Below, one piece after another: positions 1 through 10,030 of a stretch of 64,000 bases of DNA (its first letter is position 1; every line of letters starts with the position of its first letter). The notes under the pieces were generated by a model. It was given only the letters and a program-made list of their open reading frames with translations, searched no databases and was not told the origin of the DNA. Origin of the DNA: Terriglobia bacterium (GTDB lineage Bacteria > Acidobacteriota > Terriglobia > 20CM-2-55-15). The DNA lies in the NCBI GenBank assembly GCA_963664115.2, contig CAXWPJ010000002.1:832001-896000 (forward strand). Direction: 5' to 3'. Position numbers and translations under genes: made by a program.

Positions 1-414
1 AATGCCGGAGCATCCGTGTGGTTCACCCTGAGCTACGACGGGCGCATAAACTGCGATCCGGCGGAACCGGAAGATGGTAACGTGCGTGAGCTGTTCAATA
101 GACACCAGCTGGGAAACAAGGGCTTCGGTCCGGCACTCGGTCCCAGTGCATCGCGGAGGGCCGCCGAGATTTTTGAGGACTGTGGCTACCGCACCCGCAG
201 TGAGGCGAGCGATTGGCGGGTCAAATGTGCCCACCAGGGGCTGCAGCGGGCCCTGCTCGAGGATTGGTTCGACGCCGCAAGCGAAATCGACCCCGATCGG
301 GCATCCCAGTTGCAGAAGTGGCGTGAGCGACGCCTGGTCCACATCGAGAGCGGCCGATCCGAGTTGATCGTCGGACACGCCGACATGATCGCCTGGCCGA
401 ACCAGAGCTCATGA
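1..414 (+). CDS. C-terminal part of a probable class I SAM-dependent methyltransferase (5' end outside window)
   Basis: Open from window edge; LSYDGR...FNRHQ...GFGPALGP...SDW...LIVGHAD pattern recalled from this methyltransferase subfamily. Confidence 0.55.
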   Translation, partial: NAGASVWFTLSYDGRINCDPAEPEDGNVRELFNRHQLGNKGFGPALGPSASRRAAEIFEDCGYRTRSEASDWRVKCAHQGLQRALLEDWFDAASEIDPDRASQLQKWRERRLVHIESGRSELIVGHADMIAWPNQSS

Positions 415-663
415 CAGAACTCGCAGTCAATCGGGGCGTTTGGCGAGTTCCGCGACTCTCTGCAGATGAAGGCGCAACGCGTTGTTCGGTTTCTCTTGAG
501 AATCCTGCTTCCTCCCATGCGGTGGTCCCTATGTTTTCTGGTTTGCACCTATTGTATTGCGTGCGTCTCGCGACTTTTGTCGTTATGATCGACTACCTGC
601 GGCCATCGTCGGCACTCGTTTCTTGCCGCTTTGCCGGCCTATCCTAATCTGTAAGGAGAAAAG

Positions 664-1167
664 ATGAGCATCATTACTTTGAAGGTGAACGGCGAGGAAC
701 ACACTGTGGATGTCGATACATCGACTCCCTTGCTCTATGTCCTGCGCAATGCACTCGGTTTCGAAGGCCCACGCTTTGGTTGCGGATTGGGGCAATGCGG
801 GTCATGCACTGTGATTGTCGATGGTGAGGCCGTTCGGTCCTGCATCACGCAGACGTCCGTCATGGCCGGAGACCGGGAGATCACCACCCTTGAAGGACTC
901 GCAGAAAACGGAGAGCTGCATCCTGTACAGCAGGCCTGGATTGACGAGCAGGTACCTCAATGCGGCTTCTGTCAGAACGGACAGATGATGACTGCGAAGG
1001 TGCTGCTCGATCGCAATCCCAACCCGAGCGATACGGAGATCCGGGAGTGGATGAACGACACGCTGTGCCGCTGCATGACGTACTACCGGATCCAGGCTGC
1101 GATCAAGCGTGCCGCCAGAGCAATTGCGGCCAATGAATCGGGTTCGAGCAAGGAGGTGGTCGCATGA
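664..1167 (+). CDS. (2Fe-2S)-binding small subunit of xanthine dehydrogenase/isoquinoline oxidoreductase family (CoxS/IorA-like)
   Basis: FGCGLGQCGSCTV, QCGFCQNG and LCRC motifs; SD AAGGAG upstream; ATGA overlap with next gene. Confidence 0.95.
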   Translation: MSIITLKVNGEEHTVDVDTSTPLLYVLRNALGFEGPRFGCGLGQCGSCTVIVDGEAVRSCITQTSVMAGDREITTLEGLAENGELHPVQQAWIDEQVPQCGFCQNGQMMTAKVLLDRNPNPSDTEIREWMNDTLCRCMTYYRIQAAIKRAARAIAANESGSSKEVVA

Positions 1168-3563
1168 CAGCCTTCACAAATGTCCCAAAAGAAGTCGAAG
1201 AAACGTTGGAGCGGACCAAGTCAACGACGTCCCGAAGAAACTTTCTGAAGACTTCGGGCCTGTTTGTCGTGAGCATGAGCACCGTGGCCGTAACGGGTGC
1301 CGGCGGGCTCGCCACTCGGTCCGGCCAGGCTGCGGCCCCACAGGCTGCGGGTCCCTATATCGATCCTGACTTCCACCAACTCGACTCCTGGATTGTCATC
1401 CATGAAGACAGCACGGCGACTTTTTACGTCGGAAAAACGGATGGGGGACAGGGGACCGGTACTGCGCTCAGACAGATGATGTGCGATGAGTTGGATATCG
1501 CGTTTGATCAGACCGACCTCATCATGGGTCAAACCGACTCGACCGTCGATCAGGGTGGGTCGGGTGGTTCCGATGCTATCCAGACTGACGGCTGGCCGAT
1601 GCGGCGGGTGGCCGCCGAAGCCCGTCGAGTCCTGCTGGAGCTGGCCTCCGAGCGCTTTGGAGTGCCAGTGGATCAGCTCGAGGTCAGCGAGGGTGTGATC
1701 ACTGCAGGAGCCGATGCCTCCAGGAGTGTGACCTACGGGGATCTGATTGGCGGCAACCGTTTCAATGTGATGCTGACCGGCGACAGAATTAATGATACGG
1801 CCGGCGTGGCACCGCTGAAGTCGGTGCAGGATTTCAAGATTGTCGGCCAGTCAATGGCACGTTATGACGTCCCTCCCAAAGTAGACGGCACAGGCAAATG
1901 GGCCGTAGGCGTGAGTCTTCCCGGCATGGTTCATGCGCGAAACGTCAGGCCGCCCGTGGTGGGTGCCACGCTTGTCAGCATCGACGAATCATCGGTCGCA
2001 GACATCCCGGGATTCGTCCAGGTCGTGAGCCGGGGCAACTACGTTGCGGTTATCTGTGAAGAGGAACAGGAGGCGATCCTGGCGGCCCGGCGGCTGCAGG
2101 TGACCTGGGAGAACCCGGAGAGCGCGCCGCTTCCGGGGTCGGAAAACCTGTTTAATTACATACGCAACACCGAGCCCTCGTCCCTGACCCAGACCAGGAC
2201 TCCAAATGTAGAAGGGAATCCGGACGAAGCGTTAGCGGGCGCTGCCCAGGTTGTCGAGGCGGCATACGAAGTGCCGTACCAGGGACACACCGCCATCGGT
2301 CCCGCGCATGCTCTCGCCGACCCGTCAAACGGCCAGATGACGATCTATTCCAATGACATGAAAGCCTACGGTCTACGAAACGGTGTCGCTGAATTTCTCG
2401 ATATGCCGCGGGACCAGGTCCGCGTCGTCTGGATGGATGGACCCCAGCTTTACGGTCGTACGGCCGCGGATGATGCGGGTTTTGAGGCGGCTTATCTGGC
2501 CAAGGAGATCGGCCGACCGGTTCGAGTCCAGTGGATGCGGGACGAGGAAACGGCCTGGGATACCAAAGGCCCCGCGTTTACATTCCAACTGCGCGGTGGA
2601 CTGGACGGGGAAGGCAACGTGACCGCGTTGGAATACCGTGCCCGGGTCACTGACTACGCCCACGTGGGTTACAACCAGCCCGACACGGTGCTGATCGCCC
2701 AGCTCATGGGCATCCGGCCTGAGCGGATTGCACCCGGCGGCGCGAACGTGCCCACCGAAATGTACGTCATCCCCAACCGGCGACGCGAAACTCACGTTGT
2801 GCCGCTCCCCGTGTCCTTTGAGACGCCGTTGCGTACCGGAAACCTGAGGGATCCTAATGGGCCGCAGATAACCTTTGCAGGTGAATCCTTCATCGACGAG
2901 CTGGCGATGGCGGCGCAGGCCGATCCAGTCGAATTCCGATTGAAGCTTCTCGCCGATGACACCGAAGACGACGCGTACAGACGGACGCGCTCGATTACCG
3001 TCATTCAAGAGGCCGCGGCCGCTTTTGGTTGGGACACGCGTGTTTCGCCGAAGCCGCTCGGCACCGGAAGGATTCTTACTGGCCGCGGCATCGCGTACTG
3101 TTATCGCAGTTCAACTATCATTGCTGACATCGCCGAGGTCGAGGTTGATCGCGAAACCGGTCACGTTTGGGTGAAACGAATCGTTTGCGCTCATGACTGT
3201 GGACTGGTGATCAATCCCGTCGGTTTGCGTAACACGGTAGAGGGCAACCTTCTTTACGGTTTGAGCCGCGCGCTTTGTGAGGAAGTGCAGTTCGATACGC
3301 AAAAAGTGACCAGCGTGGACTGGATCACGCATCCCACGCTCAGGCACTCGGACGCTCCCGAGCAGATCGACGTCGTCCTTGTGAACGGGGATCCCAACCC
3401 GGACCGGGCTGACATGCCTCACTACGGTGCGGGAGAGGCCTCACTCAAGCCCATGATCGCCGCAGTCGCCAACGCGATTTTCGATGCGACCGGCGTCCGT
3501 GTCCGTCGGGTTCCCTTCAGGGATGCCCGGGTACGGGAAGCGCTGCGGGCGGCGGGGGTTTAA
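1164..3563 (+). CDS. Molybdopterin-binding large subunit (IorB/NicB-like) with twin-arginine signal
   Basis: SRRNFLK Tat motif; GKTDGGQG, LRDPN, AHDCG, GAGE motifs of the xanthine oxidase family. Confidence 0.92.
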   Translation: MTAFTNVPKEVEETLERTKSTTSRRNFLKTSGLFVVSMSTVAVTGAGGLATRSGQAAAPQAAGPYIDPDFHQLDSWIVIHEDSTATFYVGKTDGGQGTGTALRQMMCDELDIAFDQTDLIMGQTDSTVDQGGSGGSDAIQTDGWPMRRVAAEARRVLLELASERFGVPVDQLEVSEGVITAGADASRSVTYGDLIGGNRFNVMLTGDRINDTAGVAPLKSVQDFKIVGQSMARYDVPPKVDGTGKWAVGVSLPGMVHARNVRPPVVGATLVSIDESSVADIPGFVQVVSRGNYVAVICEEEQEAILAARRLQVTWENPESAPLPGSENLFNYIRNTEPSSLTQTRTPNVEGNPDEALAGAAQVVEAAYEVPYQGHTAIGPAHALADPSNGQMTIYSNDMKAYGLRNGVAEFLDMPRDQVRVVWMDGPQLYGRTAADDAGFEAAYLAKEIGRPVRVQWMRDEETAWDTKGPAFTFQLRGGLDGEGNVTALEYRARVTDYAHVGYNQPDTVLIAQLMGIRPERIAPGGANVPTEMYVIPNRRRETHVVPLPVSFETPLRTGNLRDPNGPQITFAGESFIDELAMAAQADPVEFRLKLLADDTEDDAYRRTRSITVIQEAAAAFGWDTRVSPKPLGTGRILTGRGIAYCYRSSTIIADIAEVEVDRETGHVWVKRIVCAHDCGLVINPVGLRNTVEGNLLYGLSRALCEEVQFDTQKVTSVDWITHPTLRHSDAPEQIDVVLVNGDPNPDRADMPHYGAGEASLKPMIAAVANAIFDATGVRVRRVPFRDARVREALRAAGV

Positions 3564-3587
3564 GCGGGGGAACAAAGCCGCAATTAC

Positions 3588-3608
3588 GGCAGCGCCTCAG
3601 TCTGAAAT
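3588..3608. mobile_element. Possible solo degenerate IS1-family-like terminal inverted repeat
   Basis: GGCAGCGCCTCAGTCTGAAAT resembles the GGTAGTGnnTCAGTTTGAAAT end recalled for IS1-like elements; no transposase adjacent. Confidence 0.3.
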
Positions 3609-3905
3609 TCAGTCAGCGACCGGGCGGGGGGATTTCGCTCGGTCGTTCAAACGCCGACCACCTCTGTCGCGTCAAGCGCGTTGGGCCGAACGACAGGCGA
3701 CCCTCACCATCATCCTGATGGCGAGGCCTGTCGGGACAACCGGAACTTCAAAACTGGTCCCAAAAATAACCCGCAGCGGCTCGGCGTTGCGGGTGAACCG
3801 CTTTCAGAGTAAAGACGCGGAGCCGAGGCGTTGAGAGTAAGGAGATGATCCGATCGGATGCGAAAGAAACGGTTAAGCAGCGAACACCTGTTTTAGCACG
3901 CTACC

Positions 3906-4724
3906 TTAACGTCCGCCGACGCGCCGTTCTTCTGCAAGTTTTTCTTCTGCGTTCACCTGGAGTTGACGCATCCATTCGGTGAAGTCGTCCGGAGCTACGA
4001 AGGGATGGGGGTCGCCCGGATTCCGCTCTTCCAACTGTGCCGCTCGTTCGAAGATCCTCGCAGGTCCGGGATGGTTCGTAAGGTTGACTTCGACGCCCTC
4101 CATTGCGCGAACCCTGCCGACGCTGTCCAGATACATTTCGGTCCGGTCTACGCCGCTGAAGTTCAGTCCCATTCCGCCGAACATGAAAGCCTTGTAGCTT
4201 TGGTCTCCGTCCCGCACGTCGAACTCGATCGACACGACACCAGGTGTGTGACCTGGGGTCACATAAAACTGCAGAGTCGTGTCTCCGAGTGTGATCGAGT
4301 CACCGTCTTCGATTACGATGTCCTCCTCGACGCCCCCGACCATTGCCCAATCGCCGGCGGCCATTCCGATGCGCGCACCGGATGCCCGTTGGACCGTCCC
4401 CACACCACCGGCGTGATCGCCGTGGCCGTGCGTTGCGATGACATACTGGACGTCGGCCGGGTCGAAGCCAAGCTTGCGGACGTTCTCGATCGCCCCGTTC
4501 GCAAACGCGCCGTATAGCGAATCCAGCATGATCAGGCCATCGCTCGTGCTTACCAGATAGGCGCTGACCCAGTCCATTCCGATGTAATAGAGGTTGTCGA
4601 AGATCTTGAAGGGTTCGACCATCTGCTGGCTGCCCTGTGCGCCGGCACCTGCGGCGGTTGGGGACAGGAATGGAATCAGCGTGAGGAGCAAACAGAGGGA
4701 GATAACAAGGTTGATAGGCTTCAT
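3906..4724 (-). CDS. Secreted MBL-fold metallo-hydrolase, subclass B3-like
   Basis: Signal peptide; PFKIFDNLYYIG, THGHGDH and TPGHTPG motifs. Confidence 0.88.
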   Translation of the reverse strand: MKPINLVISLCLLLTLIPFLSPTAAGAGAQGSQQMVEPFKIFDNLYYIGMDWVSAYLVSTSDGLIMLDSLYGAFANGAIENVRKLGFDPADVQYVIATHGHGDHAGGVGTVQRASGARIGMAAGDWAMVGGVEEDIVIEDGDSITLGDTTLQFYVTPGHTPGVVSIEFDVRDGDQSYKAFMFGGMGLNFSGVDRTEMYLDSVGRVRAMEGVEVNLTNHPGPARIFERAAQLEERNPGDPHPFVAPDDFTEWMRQLQVNAEEKLAEERRVGGR

Positions 4725-4736
4725 CAGGTCGCTGGG

Positions 4737-5483
4737 TCAGTGCGTCATCGCGTAGACCACGATGTTGATACCCAGGCGCAGGGCTTCGGTCGTGGGGGCA
4801 AGGGGAAATCTCCCGTTGTCGATATGTTCCCAGAAATCCCCCACATCGTTGTTGAAGCAGATGATGACCTGGAGGTTGCCCCACTCGTCTTCGAAGCTGT
4901 AGAACACCGGAGGCGCGCCGTAGTTGTAGGGCGACTGAACATAGAGGCTGTTGATGTCGTAATAGGTGTGGAGCAGGGGGTGGTTGTCTCCCATCACTTG
5001 CATTTCCTGGTCGGGGAAGACACGCTTCATCTGTTCGTACATGATCTGGAAGTGTCGCTGGCCGTCGAAATCGTCGAGCATGACGATTCCGCCTCGGTCG
5101 ACGTACTCGCGGAAGTTATTCACTTCCAGGTCCGTAAGCCACATCGTTCCCGGTTCCGAAATGTATCCGAATGGGTAGTCGAAGATTTCATCGCTTGCGA
5201 TATCTACGATCCGGTAGGACATCGCGTCGACATTCACCCCGGTGGCTTCGCGCATGACCTGATTGATGTGCTCTTCAGCAGCGGGGTAGTCGTGCGCCCA
5301 GCCGCCGTTTCCATCTCGGGGCTGCCACCGCGCGAAGATGAACTCCGTGTCGGGAGGATCGTTCTGGTACAGCCGGAAACCACGAAAACGTCCGCCGAAC
5401 TGGGCGAGGGCGGCTCCCGCGGTGAGGAGCAGGATCAGAAGAAGAACAGACCTGTGGAGCGATCGCATGTGGAACATTCTCAT
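4737..5483 (-). CDS. DUF4159 family secreted protein
   Basis: FIFARW, WAHDYP, YPFGYISEPG, GGIVMLDDF, NNDVGDFWE, YAMTH C-terminus. Confidence 0.85.
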   Translation of the reverse strand: MRMFHMRSLHRSVLLLILLLTAGAALAQFGGRFRGFRLYQNDPPDTEFIFARWQPRDGNGGWAHDYPAAEEHINQVMREATGVNVDAMSYRIVDIASDEIFDYPFGYISEPGTMWLTDLEVNNFREYVDRGGIVMLDDFDGQRHFQIMYEQMKRVFPDQEMQVMGDNHPLLHTYYDINSLYVQSPYNYGAPPVFYSFEDEWGNLQVIICFNNDVGDFWEHIDNGRFPLAPTTEALRLGINIVVYAMTH

Positions 5484-5675
5484 CGGAATTCAAAGTGCAG
5501 TCTAGTCAAATCGAAATGGAGTGGATTGCCCGAGCGTGCGGCTGGAGAGCCAGTCACATATTTATTTTCGAATGCTCGCTAACCTTGGCCCGGGTTCGTT
5601 CAGCGACCCGCCTTTCGGGTCCCTCGGCCACTTCCGCCAGCGTTCGAGAAACCACGCCGTTCGGTGCAATCGCGA

Positions 5676-6392
5676 TCAATGCGTCATCGCGTAGATCAGG
5701 TAGTTCACACCGAGCCGGACGGCTTTGGCTGAGGATTCGAGCGACGCGTCGCCCCTGTCGAGTCCTTCCCAGAACTCACCCAGATCGTTGTTCTGGTTGG
5801 CGACCATTATCAGGCGGCCGCTCTCGTCCCGCATGCTCCAGAACTCGGGGAATCCGCTGAAACGATTATCCGTGTACGGGGGATCCATCTGAAGGGAATC
5901 GATGTCGAAGAACGCACTGAACATCGATTCCAGGATCTCGAGCCGAAACATCTCGCGTCTGGGAAACAGCTTCTTCATCTGCCCCCTCAGGTGGTCGAGG
6001 TCGACGCCCCGGAAGTCGTCGAACATTGCAAATCCGCCCCGCTCGAAGTATTCGCGGAGGTTCGCCTCTTCGGCATCGGTCAGATCCATGAAACCCGGTT
6101 CGGAAAAGTAAAGGAAGGGATAACGAAAAATATCCTCGCTGTCGAGTTGAACGATCTGATACGCCTCAGGCGAGGTTTGAACGCCGGTGTATTCCTCGAC
6201 TAGCCCGAGATAGAGATCCTCAGCATACGGGTAGTCGTGATGCCAGGGCGCTTCGCGATCGAAGATTGCTTCGAAAGTCATGTTGAACTGGACCCGCGCG
6301 AACGTGAACTCGGCGGTCTCGTCCCCTCCGTCGGGCCTGGCCTCGGGGGCGAACACGGCCAGAAGCAGGGCAATCGCAACGAACTTCTTCAC
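5676..6392 (-). CDS. DUF4159 family secreted protein (paralog)
   Basis: FTFARV, WHHDYP, YPFLYFSEPG, NNDLGEFWE, YAMTH; GTG start. Confidence 0.85.
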   Translation of the reverse strand: MKKFVAIALLLAVFAPEARPDGGDETAEFTFARVQFNMTFEAIFDREAPWHHDYPYAEDLYLGLVEEYTGVQTSPEAYQIVQLDSEDIFRYPFLYFSEPGFMDLTDAEEANLREYFERGGFAMFDDFRGVDLDHLRGQMKKLFPRREMFRLEILESMFSAFFDIDSLQMDPPYTDNRFSGFPEFWSMRDESGRLIMVANQNNDLGEFWEGLDRGDASLESSAKAVRLGVNYLIYAMTH

Positions 6393-6546
6393 AATACTGA
6401 AAGTATATATGACGAGTGCCTGTATTCAGGGAAGGGTAGTCAAAATAACTGAAACGACGGCAGGTTCGTTTTTCAGAAGCGTGCCGCCTCGCACCTGGAC
6501 CGGTGGCACTCCCGGGCAGAACCCCCGAGTCTGTTGCCACGCGCAG

Positions 6547-7719
6547 CTAGTCAGGGATTTGAAAGTCCCGTGTTTCGGACTGGAACGCGCCAACGTCGGT
6601 CCCAACCAGATATAGACGGCCCTCGTAAAAGACCGCGCTGGTGGCCCAAGCGGGCAGATCGTCTGCTACGACATTCCACGCGCGCCCCTCACGATTCAAG
6701 AGGTATCCTGCGGGTTGTGCCGGCACCAACAGCATTGTCGTTTGAGCGGGCGTTCCTGAGACAGGTCGGGGGGGGTAGTCCAGAAACCGTTCGTCGGAGT
6801 CCTCCAGAACGACATCGGGCATCTGGCCCGGATCCCAGGCCGAAAGGAGCCGCTTCTGTCCGGTCGATCCGTCAAACCAGAGCGTCATGTCGTCGACGGC
6901 GATCGGTCCGGCTATGGGGCAGGCCTCGATCTGCCATATCGGCGGGCTCACCGGTGTCGGCTCTCCAAACTGTCCGTCAGGACCAGCGACTACTCTGGAG
7001 GGATCGCGGTAGCCCGTTGGGGTTGTATTTCTGAAGGCAACCGCCAGACTGCCGTCGGATGCGACGTTAATGTTGGGAAGACAGCAGCCGCATACGGAAC
7101 TTTCCTGCGATTCGGTGAGGTTCCGTTCAGTGACCACACCGTCTGTGACTCGAGCGTAATAGAGGTCCGCCGGTTCCTCCAGACCTTCTTCTGCAATCCT
7201 CGGATCCAGCCAGACCGCGTGAAGCACACCGTCGGGGCCGAACGCAATATCGGGAAACTCCTGCAGCGCATCCCCCTCATCCTGATTCAAGCGCAGGGAA
7301 GGGGCGAAGCTTTTTCCACCATCGGAAGACGTCGCGACGCGGATGTCGAAGAATTCGTCGGTCCATGCGAGGGCGACCGCTCCATCGGGTCCAAACGCAA
7401 CAGCGGGCCGCATTTCGTCGATCGGAATCGAATGGAGGGGCACGTCAGCGCCATTCACCTGGACGGGTTCGGAGAAGGTGTTGTCCTCGGTCGTGCTGAC
7501 GAAAAGGTCGAAGCCCTCGAAAAAGCCACCCTCCCTTCTCACGGTCCACGCCATGAGCAGTCCGCCATCGGGAGCAGCCGCGATCTGAGGCAACTCGAGC
7601 TCACCCAGTTCCGGAATAGTGACGGGTTCAGTCGGGACCGGTTCCACCGAACTCGCACAGCTCACAAGGGACGTGACGCAAAATGAAAGTAGAAATAATC
7701 CGCACGTGGCTCGCTTCAT
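6547..7719 (-). CDS. BNR/Asp-box (sialidase-like) beta-propeller lipoprotein
   Basis: Lipobox-like LVSC; SSDGGKSF Asp-box; VCGCC and WQIEACPIAGP motifs; ATG at 7719 preferred over TTG 7752. Confidence 0.7.
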   Translation of the reverse strand: MKRATCGLFLLSFCVTSLVSCASSVEPVPTEPVTIPELGELELPQIAAAPDGGLLMAWTVRREGGFFEGFDLFVSTTEDNTFSEPVQVNGADVPLHSIPIDEMRPAVAFGPDGAVALAWTDEFFDIRVATSSDGGKSFAPSLRLNQDEGDALQEFPDIAFGPDGVLHAVWLDPRIAEEGLEEPADLYYARVTDGVVTERNLTESQESSVCGCCLPNINVASDGSLAVAFRNTTPTGYRDPSRVVAGPDGQFGEPTPVSPPIWQIEACPIAGPIAVDDMTLWFDGSTGQKRLLSAWDPGQMPDVVLEDSDERFLDYPPRPVSGTPAQTTMLLVPAQPAGYLLNREGRAWNVVADDLPAWATSAVFYEGRLYLVGTDVGAFQSETRDFQIPD

Positions 7720-7894
7720 GAGAATGGACGCTCCTACCGTGGTTCGGTTCAAAGGCTATTGGCTATTGTCATAACCAAGATATCTCATGCCGTCCCCCAC
7801 CGCCAGTATTCGTACCGATGGGTCTGAATCCAAGTCGGGATTTCTTTCTGATTTCGGCGCACGAGGAGACGTGGATCCTGTGCCGGTTGTGGAG

Positions 7895-9253
7895 CTATGC
7901 CACGGGAACGAACGCTCCCAGTACCCAGGATGCGATCGCAAAATAGATAGCCAGACCGGCAATGTCGGCCACCGAGGTGATCAGCGGACTGCCGGCCACT
8001 GCGGGGTCGATGCCGACCCGGTTGAGCAGAAACGGTACGATGACGCCGATCAGGTTGGACGCGAGAACGATCAGAAACATCGCCAACGCGACCACGACGG
8101 CCACTTCCCCGCCGCCCTGAAACAGGCCGAGCAGCCACGCAGCCACGCTCATGGTTGCCCCGAGTGTCGCGCCAACCGCGACTTCCTTCAGGAGTGTGGG
8201 CAACCATTGGGAGCGATCAAGGTCTCCTGTTGCCAGAGCCCTCACCACGAGCGTAGCCGACTGAGCGCCCGCGTTACCGCCGCTTCCCATCAGCAAGGGT
8301 ATGAAGAAGGCCAGTGAGATCAGTGCCGCAAGAGTGTCTTCGTACGCAGCGATCACGCCGGCCGCTCCGAGGTTGACCACGACCAGCGCCAACAGCCACG
8401 GAATCCGTTTCCTGAAAAGCGAAAGAACCCCGGCTTCCGAATAGCTGATCTTCAGGGGTTCGACCGCGGCGGATAGCTGGAAGTCTTCGGTCGCTTCCTC
8501 TTCGGCAACGTCGAGGACATCATCGGCTGTAACGATGCCGATCAGGACATCGTCCGCACCCACTACCGGCAGCACGAACAAGTCGTACTTGCTCATCTTT
8601 CGAACGGCTTCCTCACGGTCGTCGTACGGGGATAGAGAGACGGCTTCGTGTTCGAGTATCTTTTCGACCGTTTCATCGGGTTCTGCGAGGATCAGTCGCG
8701 GCAGCTCCACCGCGTCGAGAAACTTCCAATGCGTATCCGTGACGTAGATGGTTGTGACCACTTCACGGTCGCGCCCCCGCACCCGGATGTGTCCGAGAGC
8801 CTGCTCAATGGTCCAGTCGGGCCGTATGGCAACGTACTCCGGCGTCATCAGGCGGCCGACGCTTTCATCCGGATAGCTCAGGAGGAGACGCGCAGCCTTG
8901 AGGTCGGCCGGGTTCAACAGGTTGAGCAAACGCTGAACGACGCGGTCCGGTAATTCCTCGAACAGGTGTGTCCGGTCGTCCGGCTCTAGGTTGGTAATCA
9001 GACGCCGAATTTCATCGCTATTGAGTTCTCCCAGAAGGGCGTTCTGGGCTTCGGAATCGAGGTGCGAAAAAACCTCCCCCGAGAGGTTTCGTGTGAGCAA
9101 ACGAAAGAGCAACAGACGGTCAGGGCTGTCCCGTTCCAGAACCAGTTCAGCCAGCTCGGGTGCTGGCCATTCGGCTACGGCGGCCTTGAGCTCGCTCCAT
9201 TGGCGGCTATCGATCAGTTCCTCGATATCGACTCTGACATTGGGGCTCGTCAT
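7895..9253 (-). CDS. mgtE: Magnesium transporter MgtE
   Basis: N domain, YPDESVGRLMTPEY and CBS pair, GSGGNAGAQSATL and DPAVAGSPLITSVADIAG membrane motifs. Confidence 0.96.
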   Translation of the reverse strand: MTSPNVRVDIEELIDSRQWSELKAAVAEWPAPELAELVLERDSPDRLLLFRLLTRNLSGEVFSHLDSEAQNALLGELNSDEIRRLITNLEPDDRTHLFEELPDRVVQRLLNLLNPADLKAARLLLSYPDESVGRLMTPEYVAIRPDWTIEQALGHIRVRGRDREVVTTIYVTDTHWKFLDAVELPRLILAEPDETVEKILEHEAVSLSPYDDREEAVRKMSKYDLFVLPVVGADDVLIGIVTADDVLDVAEEEATEDFQLSAAVEPLKISYSEAGVLSLFRKRIPWLLALVVVNLGAAGVIAAYEDTLAALISLAFFIPLLMGSGGNAGAQSATLVVRALATGDLDRSQWLPTLLKEVAVGATLGATMSVAAWLLGLFQGGGEVAVVVALAMFLIVLASNLIGVIVPFLLNRVGIDPAVAGSPLITSVADIAGLAIYFAIASWVLGAFVPVA

Positions 9254-9431
9254 GCTGTATCGGCCTCATCGCGGGGCACACCGGAGTGTCAGGGCCGGGT
9301 GGGCGTAAAACGGGTAAAACGAAGCTGAATTAAAACATGGAACCCACAGCTCTCCTTCCGGATACTTGCTGCCCACGCCAGCGAATTCAGGAGTGGGCCC
9401 AGCGACACCGGGGACATGCCCACAGGCCTAA

Positions 9432-9737
9432 CTACTGAAGGATGACCTCGAATCCTTCAAATTGAGGGTGACCGAGGTAGGTGCCTTCCGGCGCACGAGC
9501 CTGTCCATGAGCTTTCTTAAAAGCTTCGGAATCGGTCCAGTCCTCGAACGCCTGGTGGGAGTCCCACGTGGAGTGCGACGCATAGAGGGTGGCATTTTCG
9601 TCCGCCGGTCCTTTCAGGAGGCTGAATTCCCGGAAACCAGCAACCTGGTCCAGATACGATTCGCGGTTTTTCCAGAGGTCTTCGAAATCCTGTTCGTGTC
9701 CCGGTGCGATCCGGAAACGGTTCATTGCGATAAACAT
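9432..9737 (-). CDS. Antibiotic-biosynthesis monooxygenase family, IsdG/HmoA-like heme-degrading protein
   Basis: MFIAMNRF...FEDLWKNRESYL...WTDSEAFKKAH...YLGHPQFEGF; SD GAGGAG before ATG 9737. Confidence 0.85.
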   Translation of the reverse strand: MFIAMNRFRIAPGHEQDFEDLWKNRESYLDQVAGFREFSLLKGPADENATLYASHSTWDSHQAFEDWTDSEAFKKAHGQARAPEGTYLGHPQFEGFEVILQ

Positions 9738-10030
9738 AACGGCTGTCTCCTCAGAAAAGGGGACGGACACTTAAGGTTTTAATCCAAGCCCCGGTTTTCC
9801 GATCAGAGTTGATATGTGAAGCGTCCTTCCCCGGAATGGGCAAGCTATTAGAGGAACATTTTTGGGCCTATCATTCAATCTGTTATGGTAACTTTCAATA
9901 TCCTTTGTTCGTATAGGTTTAGAAAAGACGGCCAGACAAAATTCCTTTTACACTCTCTTAACAAACGAGAGGTCCTGGGAAGAGTCAAAGGCTGAGCCCG
10001 GTACCAATTTACCAAGGATTCCCCCGGACC

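Noticed and set aside
4740-5582. Long antisense ORFs (e.g. 4740-5582, 11769-12593, 23745-24560, 42698-43555, 48635-49585, 62713-63537)
   Set aside because: Shadows of well-supported genes on the opposite strand, expected in GC-rich DNA
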